Origin: Octopus sinensis
Lineage: Eukaryota
Direction of reading: 5' to 3'
DNA length: 36,810 bases
NCBI RefSeq assembly: GCF_006345805.1
Contig: NW_021836868.1
Coordinates: 1-36,810, forward strand
Part shown: positions 22,076 to 33,268 of the stretch, piece by piece
How positions within the stretch are numbered: the stretch's first letter is position 1
Layout: every line of letters starts with the position of its first letter
Translations under genes and position numbers: made by a program
Notes under the pieces: generated by a model
Databases searched by the model: none
The model's input: the letters and a program-made list of their open reading frames with translations, nothing else
What the model was told of the DNA's origin: nothing

Positions 22076-22916
22076 TACGCGATTGTATCAAAATTTCACG
22101 GAAAAACTCTATAGCGCGCCAACGCTTGGATGCACACATTTGCATGTACGGTGATAGCGAGCAGTGACCTTCATGATGAAGTATGCTGAGTAACATCGAT
22201 GTGTATACTTCACACGATGTGGAATTTGTATTTTTGTGATGACGTGTAAGAATAGGACGGGTATGGATGAAAGAACCAACATGAAACTTTACGTAAAAAT
22301 TGGGAAGATGTAGCATGCATTGGCAAGCTTTTAGCGATGAGACAATGGGTCGCACGTAATATTTCAAGTTCACAGGTGCACGACAGAATGACAGCTTAAC
22401 CAAGAGCATTTTCAATATTTTTTCTACATCGTCAGCATTGTGCATTGAGAATTCGACCCCCGAATCCAAAGGAGAGATCAACTGCGATATTTTAAAGCTT
22501 TTCAAGGAGGACATTCGAGAAACGTGACTGGGTTTGTGGTGCGCAAAGTATTGGATTTTTTAGGACGACAATGTACCCTGTCACCACACTCGTGGGTTTC
22601 TTGCCAGAAGCAACATGCTATCGCTTCTGTGCATGTCTTTATTGCTAGATTCAGCACTTGGTGACTTCCATCTCTTCCCCAAGATAAAAAATACGGTTCA
22701 CTGATCGTGATCAATAGGAAATTTAACACCGTTGTTGAGATCAAGATGTCCTCACCAGGCCGGATTCCAAAAGTGTCAAGAAATCTGGATCGGATGTATT
22801 CGAAATGCTTGGCGGTGTATTCCTGCACAAGGTGACTTTACCGAAGGAGATGAAGTTAATATAAGTTGGTTTTATTAAACATAACTCATCCAGGAACATT
22901 ACGATGCCACTTGGTA
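22076..22916 (+). mobile_element. Decayed, internally deleted mariner element with degenerate TIRs
   Basis: DERTNMKLYVKIGK..AFSDETMGRT (HTH region) joined to a catalytic-domain remnant (DDNVPCH); TAC...TCAAAA.TT left end and TCCAGGAAC...TGGTA right end. Confidence 0.75.
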
Positions 22917-22921
22917 TGTAT

Positions 22922-23050
22922 ACGATGGGTTTCTTTTAGTTACCTTGAACAAATATACACGAGTTTGTTGTGCTGTAAGCCAGAGTACACGCAGTGGGAC
23001 TGAATACAAGAGAAAATATTATATCACATTCATGCCAACACCTAATCGTA
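22922..23050 (-). mobile_element. Degenerate SINE remnant
   Basis: GGGTTTCTTTTAGTTACC...ACGCAGTGGGACTGAA (reverse B-box-like); homologous to 3305-3445. Confidence 0.45.
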
Positions 23051-23088
<38 letters not shown>

Positions 23089-23092
<4 letters not shown>

Positions 23093-23930
23093 TTGCAACA
23101 CGAAATTGCCACCATTACCTTTTTAATTTCCGCATGCGCATTCTTTGTTTTTGATTTTGTCGACCACTCAGTATAGTATGATCAGTTGGGTACCGTCTGT
23201 CACTCTGCCATAACTTTTTGAAACGACATGCTGTACTGCTTGGCATCCGTGCCGAAAGATCTAATATGAACATTTCAGAGTGTTTGGGTGTCAGTCTGAG
23301 GAATGTTCAATCCAAGGACATGTACTCCGACTGATAAAAATCAATCATCCAGTCAACATCATGGTGTTTGGAGTGATCACTAGTGATGGTGACATTATGC
23401 TTTCATTCACGGTTTCATACTCAATACGGTGGCCTACATCAAGTGCCTGGAGAAGGTAGTGCTTCCCTAGAGCAAAGGGGTGGCTGATGGAAGATCTTAT
23501 CTCTGGTAGCAGTACTGTGTACCATGCCATACAACCAGGAGAACCCAGCCATGGCTGTCAGACAAATTCTGCGACCACATCACCCCTAAAATCACGCCAT
23601 CTAACTCCCCAGACTGGAACCCCCTTGATTATTATGCGTGGGGCGCAGTTGACTGAGAGGTCAGCAAAACCCCTTGTAGCATCAAAGATAAACTGAGTGC
23701 AAGGATTATGGCAGTATTCACGAAATTAAACAAGGTGACCGTTGAGAGGAGTTGCAGGAGATTCCGAAGCTGACCGCAAGACGTGGTTGAAGCCAACAGC
23801 GATTTTATTGAATACATTTACTTTCAAGATATTTTTCTGTTATACTGGTAAATATACCTGTTAAAATGGGATGTCAGTGTTTTTTCATTTTGGCATAATT
23901 TAGACGAGGCTATATTTACGGTATCCTGTA
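23089..23930 (+). mobile_element. Tc1/mariner superfamily (maT/DD37D-like) deleted element
   Basis: HPVNIMVFGVITSDGDIM and PSNSPDWNPLDYYAWGAV; TA at both ends. Confidence 0.8.
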
Positions 23931-23959
23931 CATAATATATATATATATATATATGTATA

Positions 23960-23990
<31 letters not shown>

Positions 23991-24020
23991 ATGGGTGTAT
24001 GTGTGTGTGCCTGTGTGTGT

Positions 24021-24067
<47 letters not shown>

Positions 24068-24199
24068 GTGTGAGGAGGCATATGGAATGAAAAACTTAAA
24101 GCCAGAAAATTTTATTTGTGCAATGCGATTAAAAACAACCACAAGGCAGAAATCTACGAACGCTGGCAAAACTCTACACCAATACTTTTGCCTCGTAAA

Positions 24200-25790
24200 T
24201 TCCAAATTCAACGTATTCCAAAGAAGCCGACAAAGGAAGTGCGGTAGTAGTGATGAATACAGAATACTACAAAAATTTAATACTTTCCATGTTGGAAAAT
24301 AATACTTACTATTAGAAGTTAATACAATACAACCCACAGAAAACCTGCCCTCTTTACTCCAAATTCATGGAAAGCATCTCACTAATCTTGAAATAGACTT
24401 TTTATCCAATTTTAAATACAGTCCTAATCTATTCTACTAGGATTACCCAAAATACATAAAAATCCACACATTTCTGAAGCCTGCAAAGTCTCTACAAGCT
24501 TATGCATTAATGTCCCTCCCCCTACTGACCTCAAACTGAGACCCATCATAGATGGCCTTTCTTGTGAAACCCGCCGTTTGAGCAACTTCCTCGACATCTT
24601 ACTCAAAACGTTTTATAAAAATATGTGCAAAGACTTATCAGTGATGACCTAGACATGCTGAACCACCTCCCGAATACATTAAAGGAAGGAACCCTGTTGG
24701 TATCTTTCGATGTGGTGAATCTGTACACCAATACCCCACATGACTATGTTTATTCATCTCAGGATGCATAAACCACAGAATTATAATCGAAGCACTCAAA
24801 TTCATCTTGCTGATTTGCAACTATTGATTTGCAAGTAATGCTTGACAACATACATAGCAATATACAGTTCACTATGGAACACAACAGTAAACAACTCCCT
24901 TTTCTAGACATCTTAATTAAAATAGTTATCAACCACATAGAAACAGGCATCTTTTATAAGCCCACAGATTCTAAACAACACCTATTATTTAACTCTTCCT
25001 ACCCGAAACACATAAAAATTAATATATCTTTTAATCTAACGAAAAGAATTTGTACCATATTTTCGGATACATATACTGGTGAACAAGACTCCTTGAACTT
25101 AGATCAACACTAACTAAAATACATTCCCGAATCTCATTCATGAATGATGACATTAAAAGAGCTAAGGAATTAGATATACAAATATTAAGGCAAGCCAGCC
25201 GAAATACTAAACCAGACTTTAAAATACTCCCGTACATTTCCACACATAACCCTAGAAACAACGAGGATTCGATATTGTCACCCCAAATCCTCCCATCCTC
25301 ACAGGAGACATAACATCGAACGAAATTTTAAGCTCATACAAAATTATAGAAAGCAAAATGCAACTGAAGTCACTATATCCACTAACAGACAAAAGTGAAA
25401 AAAATGTGGTCGTCTCACTGTGGAACATGCCCCCACCTTTTGGATTATTCAGAATTCCACTTCAAACAAGGTGAAATATTTAAGATCAAATCAAATTTCC
25501 CCTGCGCCTCGGAAAATCTAATCTATGCAATGACATGCTTAAGATTCGGTAACCACTATATTGGACAAACTGGAATATCACTCCGTCGAAGAACCACCAT
25601 CCAAAGAGAGCAAATCCGCCACCCACAATACAGACAGTTACAGCTTAGTGAACACATAGAATCTTAATCCTAATTTCTAAATCTTTCCCCTATTTCAATG
25701 TTCACAGAACACCCCAATGCAACAAAGGCTGAATAAAGACGCAATTTTCATCAATAAATATCTTCCATAACTGAATATAAACGCATAACT
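24200..25790 (+). mobile_element. Second Penelope-like element: RT (core deleted) + GIY-YIG
   Basis: KEADKGSAVVVMNTEYY; RPIIDGLSCETRRLSNFLDILLK; FDVVNLYTN; NIQFTMEHNSKQLPFLDILI; HCGTCP; NLIYAMTC..NHYIGQTG. Confidence 0.92.
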
Positions 25791-26201
25791 TAATATAGAA
25801 CACTACTAACCCTTCAATTAACACCACTAACCACTATACATTCCTTACACCATTCACATTACTATTCTATATCTAACCTTACTGCACAAAATCCAGAACT
25901 GCTTACCTCCCTTACAAATAATCTTTTTACTCAGGAACTTTTAGACCTGACACCGCTCAGAAAGCATGGTATGCTTTCTGACTCTTTAATCATCTCATAA
26001 TAATGACTTTTATGACTCTTATTACTACCTCAGTCCATCTAAACGTATATATATATATGTCGGTAGCTTTCATAAAAAGCTTTTTCTTGTTTTATTTACA
26101 ATGTGCATTTTCGTTAATTTTTCATATTTTCCCCTTATATTTCCACTCGTATTTTCTATTTTCTTCTTGTAACATATTTCTACTATATATGTATGTAGTA
26201 G

Positions 26202-26240
<39 letters not shown>

Positions 26241-26478
26241 TATATAACAATTTATGTATAACGTATATCTATATATATTTAACATATATCTATATCTATA
26301 AATTAAGATTCAAGTGAGTTCCAATGGGTTCACATGAATGCGGTACTTAACTTCAAAAGTGTGCATCATTAGAGAACTTTTGAAGTCTGATACAATCTGA
26401 CTTTGCTTTTTATTGAACTCTCTTCGATACTTCATAAGTGTAGCCTCACTCCTAGGATGTTTGGAAAACTCATATGTG

Positions 26479-26568
26479 TTCAGGCTGATGAATACGGGAC
26501 ACTTGTATTTGCTGCAATATCTTCAGCTTTTAATAAAGCTGTTCTTCGTATGAAACAATTGAACTGAA
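26479..26568 (+). ncRNA. Hammerhead-like motif with long helix II insertion, cleavage site mutated
   Basis: TTCAG-G-CTGATGA(26485-91)-ATACG...CGTAT(26547-51)-GAAA-C-AATT-GAA-CTGAA; U16.1 replaced by A. Confidence 0.5.
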
Positions 26569-26597
26569 AAACTAATCCATTCTTGTTGCTTTTTTCT

Positions 26598-26632
<35 letters not shown>

Positions 26633-26954
26633 GTACATACATACATACATGCATACATACATACATGCATACATACATACATACTTACATATACATACAT
26701 ATATACATACATACATATATACATATATACGGGTGTATGTGTTTTTTTGTGTTTTTAGACCTGCAAGCCTCTGAAACTTTGCGTCCACGAGTAAAACGAA
26801 TTTGATTTTCGAAATTCGATTTCCAAGGTAAACATCGTCCATAATATATAATAAATATCATAATCCTCCACGTGAAATAACCCAACTTTGAGATCTCAAC
26901 CTCCCACTCTATATCTTTCACTACCCATGTATCTTATATTTGCCATACTATTTG

Positions 26955-26985
<31 letters not shown>

Positions 26986-26999
26986 ACTCTGTATGTGAA

Positions 27000-27330
27000 T
27001 TAAAAATCAATCATTGCTTTCATTTTGTTTAAAATCTCTCCTACTTCTGTTTTATGATACAAGTGTTCAAACACAAACAGCTTAGCTTCCAAATCTTGTT
27101 TTCCAATGGGGTAAAAATGATAAAACTTCGAACCTTTGATGTGTTTTCTAAACTTTTTCTCGAATAAATCAATAAATTTCAAGATTTCCACATACTTTTC
27201 AAATTTCAAATTATGTGACACAAATCGAAAAGTTCACGCTCTGCTTATTTCCATCCTTTTCTCATAGTAAACCTTCCCACTCCTTATGAAAGTATACCGC
27301 TCACACTAACTGCGTGTCGTGTTCCCAATG
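27000..27330 (-). pseudogene. Possible GIY-YIG (PLE-like) C-terminal remnant
   Basis: One frame with two stops: THIGNTTRS*CERY...A*TFRFVSHNLKFEK...EHLYHKTEVGEILNK, weakly resembling YIGxTxRxLxER ... ExLI...LN. Confidence 0.3.
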
Positions 27331-27344
27331 TGGGTCATGTTCCT

Positions 27345-27484
27345 AATATATATATATATATATATATATTAATATATATATATATATATATATAATATAT
27401 ATATATATATTATATATATATATATTAATATATTATCTATATATATATATATAATATATATATACATATCTATCTATCTATCTC

Positions 27485-27563
<79 letters not shown>

Positions 27564-27570
27564 GTATATA
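27345..27570. repeat. (TA)n/(TATC)n compound microsatellite
   Basis: Direct reading of the sequence. Confidence 0.95.
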
Positions 27571-27874
27571 TATAGATTAAAAGTTTAATTATAATGTCTT
27601 CACTTTCGTTGTGAATTTATTTTATGCTATATAGACCTGAAGAGTAGCTCTGTATCATTTGATCGAAGAAATATAATTTTTTCAGATTATCGATTTTGAT
27701 AATGTCGATTTAAATATATCGTCACAAAACGCGCCTCTTCGATTTAATGTGCATAATTTAGTATAGTATGTCTAAGTATATTATTAATAATATATTTATA
27801 TTTATATTTTATTATAGATAATATCTTTAATTATTACTTGAATTACTTTACGGTGGGTCTGTCTCTTAATTGTG

Positions 27875-27884
27875 TGTATATATA

Positions 27885-27962
<78 letters not shown>
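27875..27962. repeat. (TA)n microsatellite
   Basis: Direct reading of the sequence. Confidence 0.95.
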
Positions 27963-27963
<1 letters not shown>

Positions 27964-28289
27964 TACATGCATGCGAATATCTATGCACACGAGTATATAT
28001 CATATATACACACTCACATACATACAGTCACACATACATATATATAAAGAATATTATCTTCCAATTATTCAAGTGATTAATCAGCAAACATGCTGGCAAC
28101 ACTCCTAGAAGGTATTTTATTCGAATATATTCTCCCAGGTATTTAAATTTTGAAAGTCTGTTACTTATTATATCGGTTTTTACTGAGGAACTGTTAAGTT
28201 ACGTGGACGGAAATTCTCCAGAGACTAATACAAGCACAATGTTTAAAGCTCACACACACACATACACCCATGTATATTTGTATATATGT

Positions 28290-28430
28290 AAGACAGGCCT
28301 CTTTCAGTTTCTGACAACAAAATCGAATCATGACACGAGTATATAGAATTGGACAATTGGTGAAGGCAGCACGTATTAACACTGACCCCTACTCAATGTG
28401 GTTGGAAATCAAGCTTCTTGTTACGCAGAC
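28290..28430 (-). mobile_element. Degenerate SINE remnant
   Basis: CTCTTTCAGTTTC...ATGTGGTTGGAAATCAAGCTTCTT..ACGCAGACAC, same family as the head at 33232. Confidence 0.4.
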
Positions 28431-28489
28431 ACGCCATTGACTTTATACACACATACACTTATATAGATATACATATACATTTATATATG

Positions 28490-28636
<147 letters not shown>

Positions 28637-31075
28637 GTTTCTTCATTAGGCACACAGAGCTGCATACAGACGGGAAAGATTACAATGTAGAGCTTTTCTT
28701 TTCTAGGAATTAAATGTTGGGGTAGGTTTTCAATCAAAAGGGGTCATAAAAGTGAAAGAAGAAGAAATAAGGAAAAGAAACAAAAGAAAAAACGATCAAT
28801 AGGGATCGTGTATCACAGTGTAATGATGTAAGGTGTAAAGGGGAAGCAGATAAGTTTTATCTGTGAGAGGTAAAGCCTACGGAAAAAAGACGGTAACCTC
28901 GGTCTATATTGTTACATGTTACCAAATTTGTTTTCAAGTAACCCTCTGTTTTAAATATCCGGTTTCATAGGATTATGCTCAAGCTGGCTTCGTCATTCAT
29001 ACGTGCCATCTTTTGCTACATTCACCCATACTTGAAAAGATGATACAAGATGTTGATGAGAGATTGACCAGAGAGGAAAGTGTTTGTCTCCAATCCTTTC
29101 ATACGCATCCACCAGATACATTCTGTCGCCATATGATGAAAATAGCTATTCCTTTCTGCTTGAAAAAAGGAGGCGTGACAATATTGACGATAGACTCGGC
29201 TGTTTAACCGACTCCCACACGTGACAGCAGTTGTTCGACATAAGCCCACAGTTCGGAAATGTTTGGACACTGCACGAGTGCGTGCAGAACGGTTTCGTCA
29301 CTCTGACCGCATCTCGGGCAGGTCGGCCCCGTGTTCCTCGAGCCGTGTCTGTAGAGCTTATCCCGAAGGAGTGGCGCTTCTCGGTAGCACTGCCAGGCCA
29401 GGGATCTCTGGACGTTGTCAATGGGCCCTGGCCCGAAAGTCGTCCTGAACATGCGGGTCAGGTATTCCTCGTCGACGTCCAGGCTCGCCCCGAGCTCGTC
29501 GTCGTACCTCCCCTCCACTAATCCCCTATAGAATGCTTGGGTTGTGTTGATGTCACTCATGGTCGACCCAGGACGGCAGAGTTGCTTGAGAGCAACACGA
29601 CACTCGCGGTGCCATTCGCACTTTCTCGGCATCTTTTGATCCACGACTGCAGTTCGGTCATGGAGATGAGTTGCGGGAAAGCGTGCCTCACAAACGGCGA
29701 CCACACTTGTTCACCGTCGTCTACGTAGAGCCTGAGATGTCGCAGTCTTAGCGCGTGTCTGAGCATCATCAAAAAAGCATGGCCAGTCCTCCCCTTTAAC
29801 GGGTGTTGACAGCAAATGGATCGCCTGACCATCGGGACGCATCATTTCCACAAGATGCGAAAGAGAATGCGTTCTAGTTTGGTGATGGTTGGGTCGGAAC
29901 AAGGCACGACGGTCAGGCGGTAGTAGATGACGTACGCAATGTACGAGTTCGCCACCTCCGCCCGACATTTAGGGACAGTTTCTCTCGGCCCATTGCCGGG
30001 CGAGAGTGGCCAACCTGCTCATTATCCATTCCACTTCTTCATAGCTGGCAGCTTCCGTAATATTGGCTCGAGAGACAATGCGTTCAGAAGCGACGAAAGG
30101 GAGCATCCCTGACGGACATAACGTGCAATGTCTAAAGGTCTCTATAAAAGTCCATTTACGCGAATTACCGTACGGATGCCTGTGTACAAAGCGGCTATCC
30201 AGCTGCGGAAGACGGGACCGAATCCAGCCGCTTTGAGGACAGACTCCAAGTATCGATGGTTTACCCTATCGAAAGCTTTCGATTGATCCAAATTGATCTG
30301 CGCCCCACCCGTGCCAGGTTCTTTAACTACCCTGTCTATGATGTAGCGCATCAGGTGGCGGTCGTCATGGAATGTCCGGCCCGACACGGCGCACGTTTGC
30401 GCCTGGTCGACCAGTTTCTCGATGACAAGCGCCAACCTCTTGTCTAACACCTTGGCCAAAATGTTCAAGTCTGCATTCAGCAGAGTAATGGGCCTAAAGT
30501 TATCTATAACATTCCCCTTGTTTAGATCTTTCTTCAGGAGTGTTACGGCTCCTCAGATCACACAACCAGGAATGCTCCAGTTTTGCTGCCAGTTGCAGTA
30601 CACCGCTGCCAAGACGTCTCCAAACAAGTCTGGCATACAACTGTAAAGCTCGTGGTGTAGACCAACCAAACCCGTCGATTTGTATCTCGAGCACTCTGCC
30701 ATCGCGTCCTACACTTCCACCGCCGTGATGGCACCTTCGCAGCGCCCTGCCTTTCTTGTCGAGAGTCGTGGTAGGCTGTGTAGGTAGACACAGAAGTCCC
30801 CCGTACGTCCTTGCCCGCCACTCGTACCGAAAAGTCGGGCAAAATGCTGTTTGAAGGCCTCACACATTTTACTTGGCTCGAGCAATTCACGCCCCTGTTC
30901 ATCTACCAGAGACTGAATGATGACTTTGTTGCCCTGTTGCGCCTCTGCCACCCGGGCTTCTCTCGCGGCTCTAACACATTCGTTTCTCAGAGCACGCATC
31001 TTAGCTCTGACAACACACCCTTCGTGTTTGACGTTGAAGTGTTGGTCGAGGGCCAACCTCGCCGCCAAAACGTCG
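28637..31075 (-). mobile_element. Tx1/L1-clade LINE, 5'-truncated ORF2 plus 3' UTR
   Basis: NILAKVLDKRL..DQAQTCAVSGR..INLDQSKAFDRVNHRYL; VRQGCSLSSLL..LEPILRKL; CPRCGQSDETVLHALVQC (C-terminal CCHC); T-rich UTR ending AATGAAGAAAC. Confidence 0.92.
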
Positions 31076-31169
31076 GATAGATAGATAGATAGATAATTTA
31101 GATAGAGCGAGAGAGACAGATAGAAACATACAAACATACATACTTATATATACATACATATTTAGATAA

Positions 31170-31560
31170 AAAGAATAATTTTAAAAATCGGTATGCCAAT
31201 CACGTAGCCTCCTTCCGACATAAGGACACAAGCAAAGCTACTAAGTTCGCTACCTATTCTTTATTAACATTTTGCTATCTTTCCATCCCTTTAATTTAAG
31301 ACCTAAGAAGGATTACACTTTCACCTTTTCTACTTTTTAATTTTTAGATTTTTGTGTTTTCATTTTCTCTTGTTTTAACTTTCTACATTTTCTATATGCT
31401 ATATTCTCAGTTTTCTCAAGTTTCTTCTCTTATTCATTTTTCTTTAGTTCGTAATGATATGTTGTTTGTGCCATGTGTATATGTTTGAGATATCCCTCAA
31501 CATATGAAACTGAACTTAAAGTCATGTACTGTGTCCATTAAATTAATAAATAGTATATAT
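31170..31560 (+). mobile_element. Penelope-like 3' fragment (GIY-YIG end + pLTR)
   Basis: FKNRYANHVASFRHKDTSKATKFATY (FKxRYxNHxxSF motif), T-rich region, 3' half of an HHR and AATAAA. Confidence 0.55.
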
Positions 31561-31820
31561 ATTGTTGTCTGTTCATTCTCGAGCCATGCCTGGCTCATAA
31601 GGGACGGAACGCCGGACCTTTGCCGGTGAGCTGCGAGAAGCAGAAGGAAAGAGTGAGAGAATGTGATGGAGAAAGAGTCAGCACGGGATCACCATTACCT
31701 TACGCCGGAGCCGCGTGGAGCTGTGGTGTTCCGCTCATAAACAAACATCGCATAATCTGAGATTCGAAACCGCGATCCCTCGAGCGCGAGTGTGCTGCTC
31801 TAACCACTAGAACTTCTGCC
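31560..31820 (-). mobile_element. tRNA-derived SINE (third family in window)
   Basis: Minus strand A-box TCTAGTGGTTAG, B-box-like GTTTCGAATCT, AAC-rich tail. Confidence 0.72.
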
Positions 31821-33231
31821 TCTATATATATATGCTCATGTGCATCCATATATATATATTGCTCGTGTTTTCCGTGTTGAAGTTAAGCCCACCTCTGACC
31901 TTGTATTGAAATCTTCTACATTCCCTCTACCAACTGTTACCAATTAAGGTGTTATATCTGATTCGGCAGGGATTTTATCCGCTTAACGCTTTCGACATAT
32001 TCCTCCATACCGGACCGTCTGAAATCGCAGTGAAACGTTTGGGTGTACTTCGACACATTGAGAGTGATGTCTGTTTATTTCTTTCCACTTAATGTCTCTC
32101 TCGGTACAAAATTGATCAGCGTGTCCACTCTCAGCAAAATCTGAAGAAAAGTGGTAAGGTTATGTCATAAAATAGAATCCATTTGACCATTTACATGAAA
32201 ATATTCCATTGACATTTTAATCTCAATACGTTATATAAATAACCGACGTTTTATATGTCGAAGTGCTTAATTTTACTCACTGTTCAATTTTCTTCAAAAT
32301 CAGTTCGTTATTTGATTGTGAATGATTTTGACGATTTCTGCCTTTCATCATTTTAATTTTAATGCTACTACATGACTCAGGCCTTAAACTTTATCTAAAA
32401 GTCAAAGTTCATTAAAATCGAATGAATTGTGTAAAAGTTACAGCCTAAAATACTAATCCTATGGGTGATTGCATACAAAAGGCCTATAGATTTATTAAAA
32501 ATCAGTGATCGATTTTTTGTCAACTCTTCATCTGGTATCAACTAATGGACATGAACTGTAATCACGTGTAATATTTCTACAAAATCGTTAAGAATGTCTG
32601 TATGGAAATGCCTATGTACATTTATGCCCTTTTCAAGCTCTTTTGAATTAAATAAATACCTTTTACCGTACCCACCACCAAACGTTTATCTAAAATTCAT
32701 ATTTCATTAAAAGCGGATGAAAAATATGTAATTTACGGCCAAAAATATAACCCTTATGGGTATTTTGACGCAAAACGTCTATTGATTCTATAAAACCACT
32801 GCTCCGGCGCAATTACCAATTTTTTTCTCAACGTCATATACTGAAATCAACTCACTGCCATGAGCCTTGCTCACTCATCGATTTTCATTAAAATTGGACA
32901 AAAAATGCAAAAGCTGCTGGGAAAATAACATCGTTATGGGAATATGCGAGGTTAATGAACAAAATTTTAAAATGTCGCCATTGTTTTCAAATTAGGTTTC
33001 ACATTTTGTTTGAAAAAATGTGTGGATTACAATGGTGATCACCGATTTCCAAAATTTTTCTGTTAAAACTTTTGTTAATGCGTCGTTCAAAAGCATTGGC
33101 CAAAATCGTTACCGATTGGGATTGGGGATTTGAAAAAAATGAAAACACATTCAAACAATTTTTAAAGAGCTTCCTGCCATCATTTCAAACGTTGAGGTGA
33201 AAAAAAAATTTGAAAATCATCATCAGAACGA

Positions 33232-33268
33232 GTGCAGGAGTGGCTCTGTGGTAAGTAGCTTGCTTACC
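33232..33268 (+). mobile_element. SINE 5' head only (A-box), cut before the B-box
   Basis: GTGCAGGAGTGGCTCTGTGGTAAGTAGCTTGCTTACC, then an abrupt switch to unrelated sequence. Confidence 0.65.

Noticed and set aside
22053-22514. 153-aa minus-strand ORF (and 9611-10060, 149 aa)
   Set aside because: Antisense to mariner and Helitron remnants, with no independent motifs
27630-27680. CTGAAGA...CGAAG motif
   Set aside because: No GAAA, no helix I or III complement
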